Positions 37,431 through 49,640 are shown, counted from the first letter of the whole stretch. The stretch: DNA of 63,110 bases, filler included, from Octopus bimaculoides (GCF_001194135.2; 6 parts of 5 records of this genome joined end to end with filler, not necessarily neighbours in it), one strand, 5' to 3'. Numbers and translations are program-made. The notes: generated by a model from the letters alone, not told the origin.

Positions 37431-38005
37431 GTAAAAGAGAAAAAAATAAAAGTAATAGAAATTTGAATCACCACTAACTTTCTGACAAGGTACATTTACC
37501 ATATCCCAGCTTGATCATAGATGAGTTGTGACTAAACAACAATAGACCGGACAGTAGGAAAAATTACTCTCTCCCATACTTAACAAAGCAGAGGTATTGC
37601 ACCAAGATCATCAATTAACTACTTATGTTCTATTGTCTTCCCAAGCCCAGGGTCTCTACCTGGTCATTCCACTGGTTAGTAATAGCAAACGTAATCTTCC
37701 TCAAATAACATCTAGCTTTTTAAAACAAAGAGACACTGGACAATGTGATTCTCATTAAAAATAAAGACTGAGAGATCACACATTTGATCATAGTTCTGCT
37801 CGATCAGAGCTGATCTGGGATGCAGGTAGGCAGGCAGGAAAGTCCAGATGATTGTAGTTTTGGTTGTTGTTTAGTCTCGAGTCAACTCTAATGGAGCAGA
37901 CCTATGAATCAAAGACGTTTCAGTCATGAACCATTCCGTTTTCTTATCTCATACATGGTTTCTCCCGAACAACATGAAGACCCGGTATTTGCCATCTCGC
38001 CAAGT

Positions 38006-38197
38006 AAGGTGGCGAGATGGCAAAATCGTCAGCACGCCGGGGGAATTCTTAGTGGCATTTTGTCTGATCTTACGTTCTGAATTCAAATAACACCGGGAGT
38101 TGACTTTACCTTTCATCCTATCGGGACCGATCACTGGGGTCGATGTAATTGACTTATCCTTCCCCTCGAAATGCTGGCTTCGTACCAAAATTTGAAA
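38006..38197 (+). mobile_element. SINE family A
   Basis: ggcgagatggcaaaatcgtcagcacgccgg...gttctgaattcaaat...caaaatttgaaac. Confidence 0.85.
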
Positions 38198-38239
38198 CGT
38201 GTAGAAATGTAATCGGGTTGATTATAGTGGTATTGTGAA

Positions 38240-38556
38240 AGCCTGTGGCTTAGTGGTTAGTGTATTCGGTTCATAGTCGTAATATCGTGAGTTCGATACA
38301 CAGCCACGCAAGACACTTCAGCAAGACACTTTATTTCACGTTGTTCCAGTCCATCCAGCCGACAAAAATTATTAGGACCTGTATTTCAAAGGGCCAGCCT
38401 TGTCACATTCTGTGTCACGCTGAATCTCCCTGAGAATAATGTTAAGGATAGGCGTGTCTGTGGAGTGCTCAGTCACGTGCACGTTAATTTCACGAGCAGG
38501 CTGTTCCGTTGATCGGATCAACTGGAACACTCGTCGTCGTAACGAGGGATGCCAGT
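38240..38556 (+). mobile_element. SINE family C (subfamily with caaagggccagccttgtcac body)
   Basis: gtggcttagtggttag (A-box), gtgagttcgatac (B-box), gcaagacactttatttcacgttg. Confidence 0.85.
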
Positions 38557-38779
38557 TAATAGAGATGTTGAAGTGGTTGTCGGTGTCATTGAGGTTGTGA
38601 TAGTGTTAATATGACTGAAAGAGTGTTGCGCAGTCATAATAGTATCATGGAGATTGTAGTAGTCTTATAGTACTTGTAGTGGTGATATGATAGTCGTAGG
38701 GATGTTATGGTTATTTTAGCAGTGTTATGGTGATTGTAGTGGTCTTATAGTGCTTGTAGTGGTGATAGTGTGCGAGTAC

Positions 38780-39040
38780 AAGGATTAATGGTTAGAGTGT
38801 TGTACTCACGATCACGAGATCGTGGTTTCAATTCCTGGACTCGGTGGTGTGTTGTATTCTTGAGCAAGATACTTCAGCCCACGTTCCTCTGCGATTACTT
38901 TGACACCTGACATATGGTATACCGTGCACCTGTTCGAGCAACGTTGATTTGATGGAGGGAGTGAACTAATGAACAGCATAAACATTTGATCACTATAAAC
39001 AAATCATTTGCGCAGCTTGCCTAGTAAGAAATTGCAGAAC
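38780..39040 (+). mobile_element. SINE family C-type head with a different body
   Basis: taatggttagagtg...gtggtttcaattcctggac...ttcttgagcaagatactt. Confidence 0.7.
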
Positions 39041-39249
39041 CATTTTTCTCGGACTACGAGAGACTATCATACATACAGTGATGATATGATGGTTGTAGCG
39101 GTCTCATGGTTTCTTTAGTGGGGTCATAGTAACTATAGTGGTGTTATAGTGCTTGTGATAGAATTTGAACACAGAACATAAAGAAACAGAAGAAGTGCCA
39201 CTCAAGCAATTCTGCCATCTTGCTGCTTATGTGATGGTTGGAATTAATA

Positions 39250-39464
39250 TTCTTTTCTACTCTAGGCACAAAGCCCGAAATTTTGGGGAAGGGGTGCAGT
39301 CGATTAGATTGACCCCAGTACGCAACTGGTACTTAATTTATCGACTCCGAAAGGATTAAAGGCACAGTCGACCTCGGCGGAATTTGAACCCAGAACGTAA
39401 AGCCAAGCGAAATACCACTAAGCATTTCGCCCGGCGTGCTAACGATTCTACCAGCTCACCACCT
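39250..39464 (-). mobile_element. SINE family A, full length
   Basis: Reverse complement matches 45244-45420. Confidence 0.92.
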
Positions 39465-39493
39465 TGGTTGTAGTTAATATTACAGTGGCTGTT

Positions 39494-39712
39494 AAGGCGG
39501 CGAGCTGGCAGAATAGTTAGCACACCAGGTAAAATGCTTAGCGCCATTTCATCAGCCTTTACGTTCTGAGTTCAAATTCCGTCGAAGTCAACTTTGCCTT
39601 TCATCCTTTCGGGGTCGATAAAATAAGTACCAGCTGAGCAGTAGGGTCGATGTAATCGACTTAACCCCACCCTTCCACTGAAATTGCGGGCTTTGTGCCA
39701 AAATTTGAAATT
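39494..39712 (+). mobile_element. SINE family A, full length
   Basis: ggcggcgagctggcagaat...gttctgagttcaaattcc...caaaatttgaaatt. Confidence 0.92.
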
Positions 39713-39749
39713 AGTATTATAGTGATTGTCGTAGAGCTATGGTGAATGT

Positions 39750-40080
39750 GCATGGCTACGTAGTTAGAGCGTCAGGCTCACAATCATGAGGTAGTGAGTT
39801 CGATTCCCGGACCGGGCTGTGTGTTGGGTTCACTCCAGTTTACTCAGCTGTAGAAATGAGTTGCGACGTCACTCACTGGTGCCAAGCCTCTGCCTTTCTC
39901 TTGGATAACATCAATAGCGTGAAGAGGGGAGACTGGTATGCATGGGCGACTATTGGTCTTCCAGAAACAACCTTGACTGGACTTGTGCCTCGGAGGGTAA
40001 CTTTCTAGGTCACTCCGAAGTGGTTTCACTCCGAAGGGGTTTCACTCCGAAGGGGTCACTCCAAAGGGGTTTCATCCATT
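39750..40080 (+). mobile_element. SINE family C with tandemly repeated 16-bp tail
   Basis: Matches 7740-7980; ends in about four copies of cactccgaaggggttt. Confidence 0.85.
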
Positions 40081-40124
40081 CCATGGTGAATGTAATGGGG
40101 TTATGGTGACTGCATTACTATTAC

Positions 40125-40125
40125 T

Positions 40126-40177
<52 letters not shown>

Positions 40178-40179
40178 GC

Positions 40180-40272
<93 letters not shown>
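40125..40272 (+). repeat. (GTA)n/(GCA)n repeat
   Basis: Direct reading. Confidence 0.97.
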
Positions 40273-40964
40273 TGATTTTGATGGTAATTGTGTTGTGTCT
40301 GTGGTGCCATTTCGAGTGTAGTACTGTTATGGTAGTCGTAATGACGTTATGGAGGATGTAGTAGTGCTGCGATGGTTGTAGTAGTACTACAGTGACTGTT
40401 GTAGTAGTGTTACAGTGACTATACTCGTTGTCTCGATTTGACTGTTGTAGCGTTGTGCTTGTGACGTTATTGTCAGTGTAGATGTGTTGTGGTGGTTGTA
40501 GTGGTATTATGGCGACTGCTGTGGTGTTTGGTGGTTGTTTGGACTTTTAACGAAGGTTCTAGATGGTGTTGGTGACCTCTACTCGATGGCAGCCATATCA
40601 GTGTTTTTCTTTTTATACATTCATTTCTCTTTATCCTTTTTCTTCTCTTTTTAATTATTTTATTTATTTAACCATTTGTATATTTATTTCTATTTTAATT
40701 CTATTTTCTGCTATATGATTATACGAGAAAGCACATTGAGTCTTATTTTTGTAAATTTCAGACTAACTTTACACGCAGCTGCGTTATTATCTGTAATTAC
40801 CATGCGGGCAAGTATACGGTCAAATCACAGGTGACGTGTACCAAATTTCCCAAGTAAAGTTTTAATCATCAATTAATTGGCGTTGATTACGTCAAATTCA
40901 TTAAAACGAAGTGCACTCTTTCAATTAATTTCTTAAATTTCTTTCTACCTTCACCTTCGTCCTT

Positions 40965-41760
40965 TAAATTATTATTTCTTTCTGTCTTCTTCCACTTAAC
41001 CGGGTTTTTTTTCTTAACACCTTGTCTCTTTTCTTCGTTATTTTTCTTCCATCTCGTCTTCCATTTGCTGTTGTTGTTGTTGTTGTTGTTCTTCTTCTTC
41101 TTCTTCTTCTTCTTCTTCTTCTTCTTCTTCTCCTCCTCCTCCTCCTCCTCCTTTCTCCTTCTTTTCTCCTCCTCCTCCTTCGTTCGCCTGTTCCTTCATC
41201 ATCATCATCATCGTCATCGTCTTCTTCTTCCACTTCTTCATTTTCTTCTCTCTTCCTCCTCTTCTTCTTCCTCTTCTCCTTCATTTTCTTCCTCTTCTTC
41301 TTCATTTTCTTCTTCTTCCTCTTCTTTTTCATTTCCTTCTTCTTCCTCTTCATTTTCTTCTTCCTATTCTTCCTCTTCTTCCTCTTCTTCCTCTTCTTCT
41401 TTTCCTTCTTCTTTATCATCCACCTTACCAACTTTTTTCCACCTTTCCTCTTATTGCACTTCTTTCTCTTCTTTTTCTTTTTTTTTTGTATAAAAATTCG
41501 TGTTTTACTTCACTTCCTTTTCTTCCTTTCTCCTTCACAATTTATTATTTCTTCCTTTTCTTCCTTTCTCCTTCACAATTTATTCTTTCTTCCTTTTCTT
41601 CCTTTCTCCTTCCCAATTCATTCTTCCTTCTTCATTAATTATCTTCTTTCTCTTCGCTTTTTTTTTCTTCTTTCTCGTTTTCTTCCCTTCCTTATATTCT
41701 TCTTTCTCAACATCATCATCATCTCTGAAACAATCGTAACATTACCTTCTTTCTCCCCTC
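40965..41760 (+). repeat. About 800-bp pyrimidine-rich low-complexity tract, (CTT)n/(CCT)n, with a 38-bp unit x3 at about 41514-41620
   Basis: Direct reading; explains the Leu/Phe/Ser/Lys/Arg-rich pseudo-ORFs. Confidence 0.95.
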
Positions 41761-42849
41761 CAACCATTTCCCTTCGACTAACCGCGACAGTTTCTCACAG
41801 GGTGCCTCAGCTGCATACAGAACCAAACGAGCGTCTTCACAAGTCTCCTACGAAACAAAAGTCTGAGAGAAAGGGAAAAGAAAAATTAAAACCAACAAGA
41901 TGAATACAAGAGCAACAGCCCTTCTTCTCTGCTTCTTCATCCTCAATGCAATGGTAACATTCAGTAAGTATACATGAAAATGCCTCTATCTATCTATCCA
42001 CGTATATCTACTTGTTTGTCTGCATATCTATCTATCTATCTATCTATCTATCTGTCTGTCTGTCTGTATTCTATTTGTATGCCCATCTAGGTATCCCCTT
42101 CTGTTTCTCTCTCGCTCTCTCTATCTCTTTCATATATATATGTATATATATATATATANNNNNNNNNNNNNNNNNNNNNNNNNNNNNNNNNNNNNNNNNN
42201 NNNNNNNNNNNNNNNNNNNNNNNNNNNNNNNNNNNNNNNNNNNNNNNNNNNNNNNNNNNNNNNNNNNNNNNNNNNNNNNNNNNNNNNNNNNNNNNNNNNN
42301 NNNNNNNNNNNNNNNNNNNNNNNNNNNNNNNNNNNNNNNNNNNNNNNNNNNNNNNNNNNNNNNNNNNNNNNNNNNNNNNNNNNNNNNNNNNNNNNNNNNN
42401 NNNNNNNNNNNNNNNNNNNNNNNNNNNNNNNNNNNNNNNNNNNNNNNNNNNNNNNNNNNNNNNNNNNNNNNNNNNNNNNNNNNNNNNNNNNNNNNNNNNN
42501 NNNNNNNNNNNNNNNNNNNNNNNNNNNNNNNNNNNNNNNNNNNNNNNNNNNNNNNNNNNNNNNNNNNNNNNNNNNNNNNNNNNNNNNNNNNNNNNNNNNN
42601 NNNNNNNNNNNNNNNNNNNNNNNNNNNNNNNNNNNNNNNNNNNNNNNNNNNNNNNNNNNNNNNNNNNNNNNNNNNNNNNNNNNNNNNNNNNNNNNNNNNN
42701 NNNNNNNNNNNNNNNNNNNNNNNNNNNNNNNNNNNNNNNNNNNNNNNNNNNNNNNNNNNNNNNNNNNNNNNNNNNNNNNNNNNNNNNNNNNNNNNNNNNN
42801 NNNNNNNNNNNNNNNNNNNNNNNNNNNNNNNNNNNNNNNNNNNNNNNNN

Positions 42850-42900
<51 letters not shown>

Positions 42901-42957
42901 CATACATACACGCGCGCATATGTGTGTGTGTGTGTGTGCATATATTATTAATATATA

Positions 42958-43180
42958 ATGGTTTCAAATTTTGGTACAAGGCTAGCAATTTCAGAGGAGG
43001 GGTAAGTCGATTGCATTGACCACCCCACCCACAGTGCTCAACTGGTATTTATTTTATCCACCCGGATGGATGAAAGGTAAAGTCGACCCCGGCGAATTTG
43101 AACTCAGCATGTAAAGACGGACGACATGTCGCTAAGCATTTTGGCCAGCGTGCTAACGATATTGCCAGCACACCGCCTTA
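42958..43180 (-). mobile_element. SINE family A
   Basis: ggtttcaaattttgg...aagtcgaccccggcgaatttgaactc...gccagcacaccgcctt. Confidence 0.88.
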
Positions 43181-43189
43181 AAGAACTTA

Positions 43190-43410
43190 AATATTACAAT
43201 GAAAGAATAATCAACTCCATTAATGATGTGGATCTTTTGAAGCCAGTCAATAAACACAAAGCCTTTTGCATTCGAAAAATCTGAGGCCGTCAACTTCCTT
43301 ACAGATGAAACGGCCTTGGCCTTCTTCGGAGCAGGTGAGGAGGGGGTGTTTCCACTGTATGGATTGTTTCTTCATCTCTTGTTCAAAGTGATGAATCCAA
43401 CACTCTTCCT
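43190..43410 (-). mobile_element. mariner transposase internal fragment
   Basis: WIHHFEQEMKKQSIQWKHP..PAPKKAKAVSSVRKLTASDFSNAKGFVFIDWLQKIHIING. Confidence 0.8.
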
Positions 43411-43424
43411 GGCTTTGAAGCAAT

Positions 43425-43988
43425 GCATCAGTTCAGATGCATTTTCCACTGTTCGAAGAAGTACTAGAACTCTTGTGAAGTGATGCCTTTTAATGCCTCC
43501 ATCATTTTTATCTTCACCTCTTTCGCATCTGCAAATTCCATAGCACTAGATTTCATCACCAGTGATGACCTTTGCAAAAAAGTCTGGATCAACTTGCAAC
43601 TGTTCTTTCAGTTCACAACACGCATTCAGTCGCGACTGCTTTTGATCTCCCGTGAGCAAGCAAAGAACAAATTTGCGTTTTGCTCATGGCATCGTCCTTG
43701 TAAGCTGTTTGAAGCATGACAACTGTTTCGACCGCCGTTTTCCCCAGCAGAAAACAGAATTTCAAGGAAGTACGCTGTTCCTTCGTTTCAGCCATCACAA
43801 AAATCGACGAACAGGGTAGGTGCAATGCAAAACAAGGACGCACCACGAGGCAGTACGACTTCAGCCGACCTTCCGATCGGCAGACTAATGTCTGAGGGTC
43901 GCATCAAGAAGCTTCGAGCGGCGGAAGCCTGAACTACTACGGGATAGTCTTACAGAGAACATTTCCGGTTACTTTTGGGTAGCCATCG
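43425..43988 (-). mobile_element. Internally deleted mariner element, one TIR end retained
   Basis: TA|CGATGGCTACCCAAAAGTAACCGG terminus; MAETKEQRTSLKFCFLLGKTAVETVVMLQTAYKDDAM; DPDFFAKVITGDE joined to FADAKEVKIKMMEALKGITSQEF. Confidence 0.85.
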
Positions 43989-44139
43989 TATGATATATAT
44001 CTACATTACAATTAGAATATGTACAAATATAATAAAATAAAATAAATCAGTACGTAAAAACTTGATTTAAGCTGTTATAAGCTCAGCAAAAAACAAGGAA
44101 TGTTTTTACATATTCCAACCGTACCGGGTATCTTTGCTA

Positions 44140-44245
<106 letters not shown>

Positions 44246-45243
44246 TCAATTATGAATTAGAAGCAGCGCCAGTGCTGTAAAATTATCGACCACACATATT
44301 CAATATGTGTTTTGCTTGTTAGCTGGTACACTGCGTCCTAGCGCAGTGGGGAATGACTCCCTCAAAGCACTGAGTTTTAAAACACCTGAAAGTCATAGAC
44401 AGGTGAGACAACTCACCCTAATCCCATTCAGGAGCGAAGGATACCGATACTTTGCCATTTTTGTAGCTTATCAACATCACGTACCACAATCGAACCAGGG
44501 ACACTCCTTCATAGTCAGCCTATGAACTTCTCAGCTCACCCTTGTACTAACTTCTCGGAAATATTGTATTTAAACTGGTGAATTTTAATGAAGATATGTT
44601 TAGTCAATTGGGCATCTTTCATGCTGTAAGAATCATTTGTTGATATGTCGCGACGATACATACGTAAGATTGAATTCAATTACGAATTAAAAGCAGCGCT
44701 AGTAATGTAAGCATTATCGACTGCACATAGTCAAGGTATATGTTTTGCTTGTTCGCCGGTACGCTGCGGTTTAGTGCGGTGGGAATAACACCCTCAAAGA
44801 ACTGAATGTCATATTTATACATATATATAAAGAGAGAGAGGTGAAGGAGAGAGTCAGACTCAGTGACAGAGGTAGACCACAAGCATCTTATGTAATTAAA
44901 TATGAATATATAAATGCCGATTTTGATGTTAAGCATTCAAATGCTTGAGCAATTTACTACCTAGCCCTTGAATGTAAATGGCAGGGTATTCTACAGGACT
45001 CGTACCTTTAATATAATTCCTCGCAGAATCAGTATGACACAATGTATAACATTTGAATTACCAGTAGAAACTCTCCAACGGGCTTCAACAGTTTCAGTTT
45101 CCTCAAGACCTGGGCGTCCTGACACTATGATGAAAGATACTTGATAAAAGATTCCATGAAATGAGATTGAATGCAGGACCTCATAATCGTGAAACGAACT
45201 TCGTAACAAATCGGCCATACCTGCATTCACAATGATATATATA

Positions 45244-45470
45244 AAGGCGGTGAGATGGCAGAATCGTTAGCACGCCGGGCGAAATGCTTAGCGGTATTTC
45301 GTCTGCCGCTACGTTCTGAGTTCGAATTCCGCCGAGGTCGACTTTGCCTTTCGTCCTTTCGGGGTCGATTAAATAAGTACCAGTTATGCACTGGAGTCGA
45401 TGTAATCGACTTAATCCGTTTTTCTGTCCTTGTTTGTACCCTGTATGTTTAGTCCCTTGTGGGCAATAAA
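45244..45470 (+). mobile_element. SINE family A, best-preserved copy
   Basis: ggcggtgagatggcagaatcgttagcacgccgggc...ctgagttcgaattcc...gggcaataaa. Confidence 0.93.
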
Positions 45471-45590
45471 NNNNNNNNNNNNNNNNNNNNNNNNNNNNNN
45501 NNNNNNNNNNNNNNTTAATTAATTAANNNNNNNNNNNNNNNNNNNNNNNNNNNNNNNNNNNNNNNNNNNNCACACACTTATTCAGTTTTC

Positions 45591-45680
45591 TTAACCCTGG
45601 TAAAAGAACTCGGAAGGTTGGGCCTCCAACAAGGACTTTCGCGACACCCTGAAAGCCGGAACTTTTTTAGCACCTCCTCG
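45591..45680 (-). mobile_element. Half copy of the mariner-type MITE at 57724-57914
   Basis: TA|CGAGGAGGTGCTAAAAAAGTTCCGG terminus; shared gcgaaag..gttgga.gccca..gagttctttt. Confidence 0.75.
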
Positions 45681-45701
45681 TATTACACACACACGCACAC
45701 A

Positions 45702-45749
<48 letters not shown>

Positions 45750-45906
45750 CATACGCACATTTTTCATACATTCATGAATACTTTTGGTATTAATACAGCT
45801 TCTGCCACAATTATTTTTAATAAGCCTATTGTGCTGTTTGCGACACCAGTTTATAATTAGACACTGAGATTCTATGTATGTATGTACACACTCACGCGCA
45901 CACACA

Positions 45907-45940
<34 letters not shown>

Positions 45941-46086
45941 TCGCTACTAGGGGAATCGGCTACTGTGTCTATCCACGGACGTCTGCCACTGACAAAGTGA
46001 AGGAAAGCTGAAATCTTGATCCAGCTGTTCCGGCGCGGTGGCAGACGATTATCTACCTCTAGCGACTTAAATACGAGTGCTTATAT

Positions 46087-46398
46087 CAGGGTTTCTCAAT
46101 CATCTTTTATCTATAGACCCCTTTGATAGCCATTCGATGTTTAAAAATTAGTTTTATAGAAATTTCTTTCAAAATTCCTATTTTGTTTTTCACACATCAA
46201 CTTGTGTAGGTTGAACTACGTAAAATGTTAGAGAAAAAAAGCGAATTGCTTCATGCAGTCCATACCAATACATACATATAAAGCAAATTGTTTTTCAGAG
46301 ACCTTTAAAATGCTATCGTAGATCTCCAGTTTACATAGATCTCCCCAAATCTTATACGGACCCTCAGGGGCTATATGGACCCCGGTTGAGAACCGCTG
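46087..46398. mobile_element. hAT-type MITE with perfect 8-bp TSD
   Basis: GCTTATAT|CAGGGTTTCTCAA ... TTGAGAACCGCTG|GCTTATAT. Confidence 0.9.
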
Positions 46399-46526
46399 GC
46401 TTATATGCACCGTAATAATCCACATGAGAGTTTCTCTCATGATACATAATGCAGTATTCAGTGTTCTTATACAACACCCACTTTTAAGTGGGGATAAATA
46501 TTAACTTTTGGTATTAATACTGCTTC

Positions 46527-46745
46527 TAAGGCGACAAGCTGGCAGAATCGTTAGCGCGCCGGGCAAAATGCTTAGCGGTATTTCGTCCGTCTTAACGTTC
46601 TGAGTTCAAATTCCGCCGTGGTCGACTTTGCCTTTCATCCTTTCGGGGTCGATAAATCAAGTACCAGTGAAACATTGGGTGTCGATGTAATCGACTAGTT
46701 CCCTCTCTGCCAAATTCCAGGCCTTGTGCCTATAATAGAAAGCAT
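46527..46745 (+). mobile_element. SINE family A
   Basis: ggcgacaagctggcagaatcgttagcgcgccgggc...gtgcctataatagaaag; flanked by tattaatactgcttct on both sides (probable TSD). Confidence 0.92.
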
Positions 46746-47235
46746 ATTAATACTGCTTCTGTTGCTATCATTTTATACACATACATACATTTCATGGAAC
46801 CAGTATCGTAGCCTTCTCTCACTAATCTAAGATAGCATGATAACACATAATTACGATCCTCAACATGGCGATAATTAATCGATTTCACAATCTTTGATTA
46901 CGTCTTGCAGCAGCGATCTCGCAACTAAAATATTGATAAGAACACCCACCTGATGACGTCAGAGAAACACTTACGCTTTTGTCTGTCAATTGCTATACTG
47001 TCTACAGAGCCCATGTGTGACCAACAGAGGAATAGCACTGCTGACATATTTGGGTGTTCTACTACTACTACTACTACTTGTTTTGTATGCTACCCCAGCT
47101 TCTGTAAAGAGTTGTTACGTATGTATTGTATGTTTTACCCTTACAAGTTAATAATGAAATCAATTCCGTTTACATCATCATCACCACTATTAGAAATATA
47201 TAAAAGACATCCAACTATTTCCTGGTTGCCGACAA

Positions 47236-47237
<2 letters not shown>

Positions 47238-47315
<78 letters not shown>
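47238..47315 (+). repeat. (TCTA)n microsatellite
   Basis: Direct reading. Confidence 0.97.
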
Positions 47316-47429
47316 CACACATACACACACATATATGATGTGCAGTACATATACATATACATATATATATATCTTACTATCTATTATACATACCTTATAT
47401 ATACTACAACATGAACCAAATTTCTAGAG

Positions 47430-48380
47430 TGCATCCGAAATAAAGCCATCTGACACAATTACTTTCACTAAAACGATGCAGCCTTTTATCCACAGATGTG
47501 TCGTCATCTTACTCAGACCTTTAGGCGAAATGAACATCAGAGATGTTTTGCCCCAGGCAAAAAATCCAGGAGCGACTCAGAGGTATTGCAAGCTCTTCTT
47601 CAGAATCCATCGCACTCACGGAAATCCTTGCGTATCATCAGCAAATGTCTCAGAATCACAAGTGTTTCGTCCTGTAGCCTGTAGACCTCACCTGGGTAGG
47701 GCGGCTTGGACTGAATTAGTCTTGGCATGCGGAAAATGTTCCATCTACGGTGTCCTCTCAACTTCAGTCACGTTGAGCTGTTTTCAGATGCCATGCTTAT
47801 CTGTAGTTCTTTGAGTCCCAAACCTATCGTCTGCTGGAAATAGCTCACCGATCAAGCTGAAAATCTGCAGCAGCCAACTTCAACAAGCCATGAGGTCGCA
47901 TACCATCCTCTGACAAGTGCCTCATGACCAAGTCCTGATATTTGGTTTTCTGTAGCTGGAGAGAAATGTCAAGTTTGTCCTTCCAGGACACTGCAAGTTC
48001 AAACATGATGATTAATTATGCACACTTGAACATGTATGGTTGGAGCGATTTTACTGCCACTTCCTCTGGGAAGATGCATGTATCCTTAAGGTCCTCGTAC
48101 ATCTCTCTTTCTAAAGTTGAATACAGACTAGAAAACGGCCCCCCCCTACAGTTGGTTTCGTCTTGGGAACCTTGCCACTTTCCCTTAGGAATCTGATGCT
48201 TTTTGGTGGCGATGGCTGTTTGTTGGTCTTCACTCTCTGCAGCTCTGTACAGTTGGCGATATAATATACTTGCTTACAACCTCTGCGGAAATACACTGTG
48301 TAACAAAATTTTCCTTTTGTTTTAGTCTTTGGCCAGTAAAGGATACTTCCTATTTGCTTCAATCTAGAAATCAAAGGAAA
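47430..48380 (-). mobile_element. HERO/NeSL-like REL non-LTR retrotransposon 3' fragment
   Basis: KSIRFLRESGKVP, MYEDLKDTCIFPEEVAVKSLQP, IIMFELAVSWKDK, KTKYQDFGHEALVRGW, VEVGCCRF: degenerate PD-(D/E)xK endonuclease of the HERO type. Confidence 0.75.
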
Positions 48381-48699
48381 TGACTACTTTTTCCTACAAA
48401 CTTTGCTTCTGTGACCTGAACATCAATGTTTTGAGACTCACCTATTTTCCATTACGGATTTCGCGCTGAGCTGCTGAAGCAGAAATATCGTTATAGCAAA
48501 TATTTTGCTCAATACCACAGATCTGCTTATCAGTTGCTTGATCTTAACCACTTGAGCATGTCCCTTAGTGGCTGACAATATGTGCATCTCTGATCATCAG
48601 TAGAAGTAGTTGGTGAGCATCATAGCCATGTGTTGAGAGGGATTATTTGGGGCTTGAATAAATGGACCAAAAGCAAATTTTTTCTAGGAGTAAGCAAAT

Positions 48700-48900
48700 A
48701 GAAAATAACAGTTGTTACCCATGGACATAAAGCGTGTTACATAGTGTTATCACGAAGCACTCGCCTTCTCAAGTCTCATCCTTCATTCTGTGTCTATCTT
48801 CTCCATTGGAATTCCCGTCTCCCCTGGATTTTCAATGCTGCCGTGGATTTAAAGATATTCAAGAGGAAAATCAATCGCATTAATCGCACCAAACTGGGAA
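48700..48900 (+). mobile_element. CR1/L2/Jockey-group LINE extreme 3' end
   Basis: HWNSRLPWIFNAAVDLKIFKRKINRI resembles the terminal WNxLP...DLxxFKxxxN motif. Confidence 0.5.
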
Positions 48901-49208
48901 AAGATTGCTACAAAACTCAAAAATCTTTACCCTGCCTTTCTCGTTGCCGATCTTCAGATGATTGTGAAAAAAATAAAACAGAATTAATTATACACCCACA
49001 CACGTATCTATATAATACATAATTACACATCCATCCATCCATCCATCCACGCGCGCACGCACGCAAGTATGTTATTAGATTTATCCAGTACTTGTCGATA
49101 CGCAAGTTAGTAGTACTGTAATGTTCTGTTTTGACACGAACTAAACTTGCAGTTTGCAGCTATTCTCTGCTAGGTTAGGTCTAGCCTTTTACTTCACTTA
49201 TACTTTTT

Positions 49209-49348
<140 letters not shown>

Positions 49349-49429
49349 ATTTCCCCTCTTCCTTTGTATACATCTATCATTCTGTAAATGTTCACCTTAC
49401 ATATATTAATTAACAATAGTAACTACGAA

Positions 49430-49640
49430 GGCTGAGAGCCGGCAGAATCGTTATCGCACCGAACAAAATGCTTAGCGACATTTCGTCTGTCTTTACGTTT
49501 TGAATTCGAATTCCGGTGCGGTTGACTTTGCCTTTCAACCTTTTGTAGTCGATAAAATGTGTACCAGTCGATAAAATGAGAACCTAGAATCGATTTAAGC
49601 GACTTCCTCCTTCCTTGTTCCAAAATTTGAAACCAGTATT
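49430..49640 (+). mobile_element. SINE family A
   Basis: gagagccggcagaatcgttatcgc...gactttgcctttca...caaaatttgaaacc. Confidence 0.85.

Noticed and set aside
38240-38320. tRNA genes at SINE heads (also 7740, 28415, 39750)
   Set aside because: A and B boxes are present but there is no full cloverleaf, and each continues into a SINE body.
40964-41903. Lys/Arg/Glu-rich and Leu/Phe/Ser-rich ORFs of 142-293 aa
   Set aside because: They are translations of CTT/CCT simple repeats, open in several frames on both strands.
46950-46975. CTGATGA...GAAAC as a hammerhead
   Set aside because: No stem II, stem III or stem I pairing.
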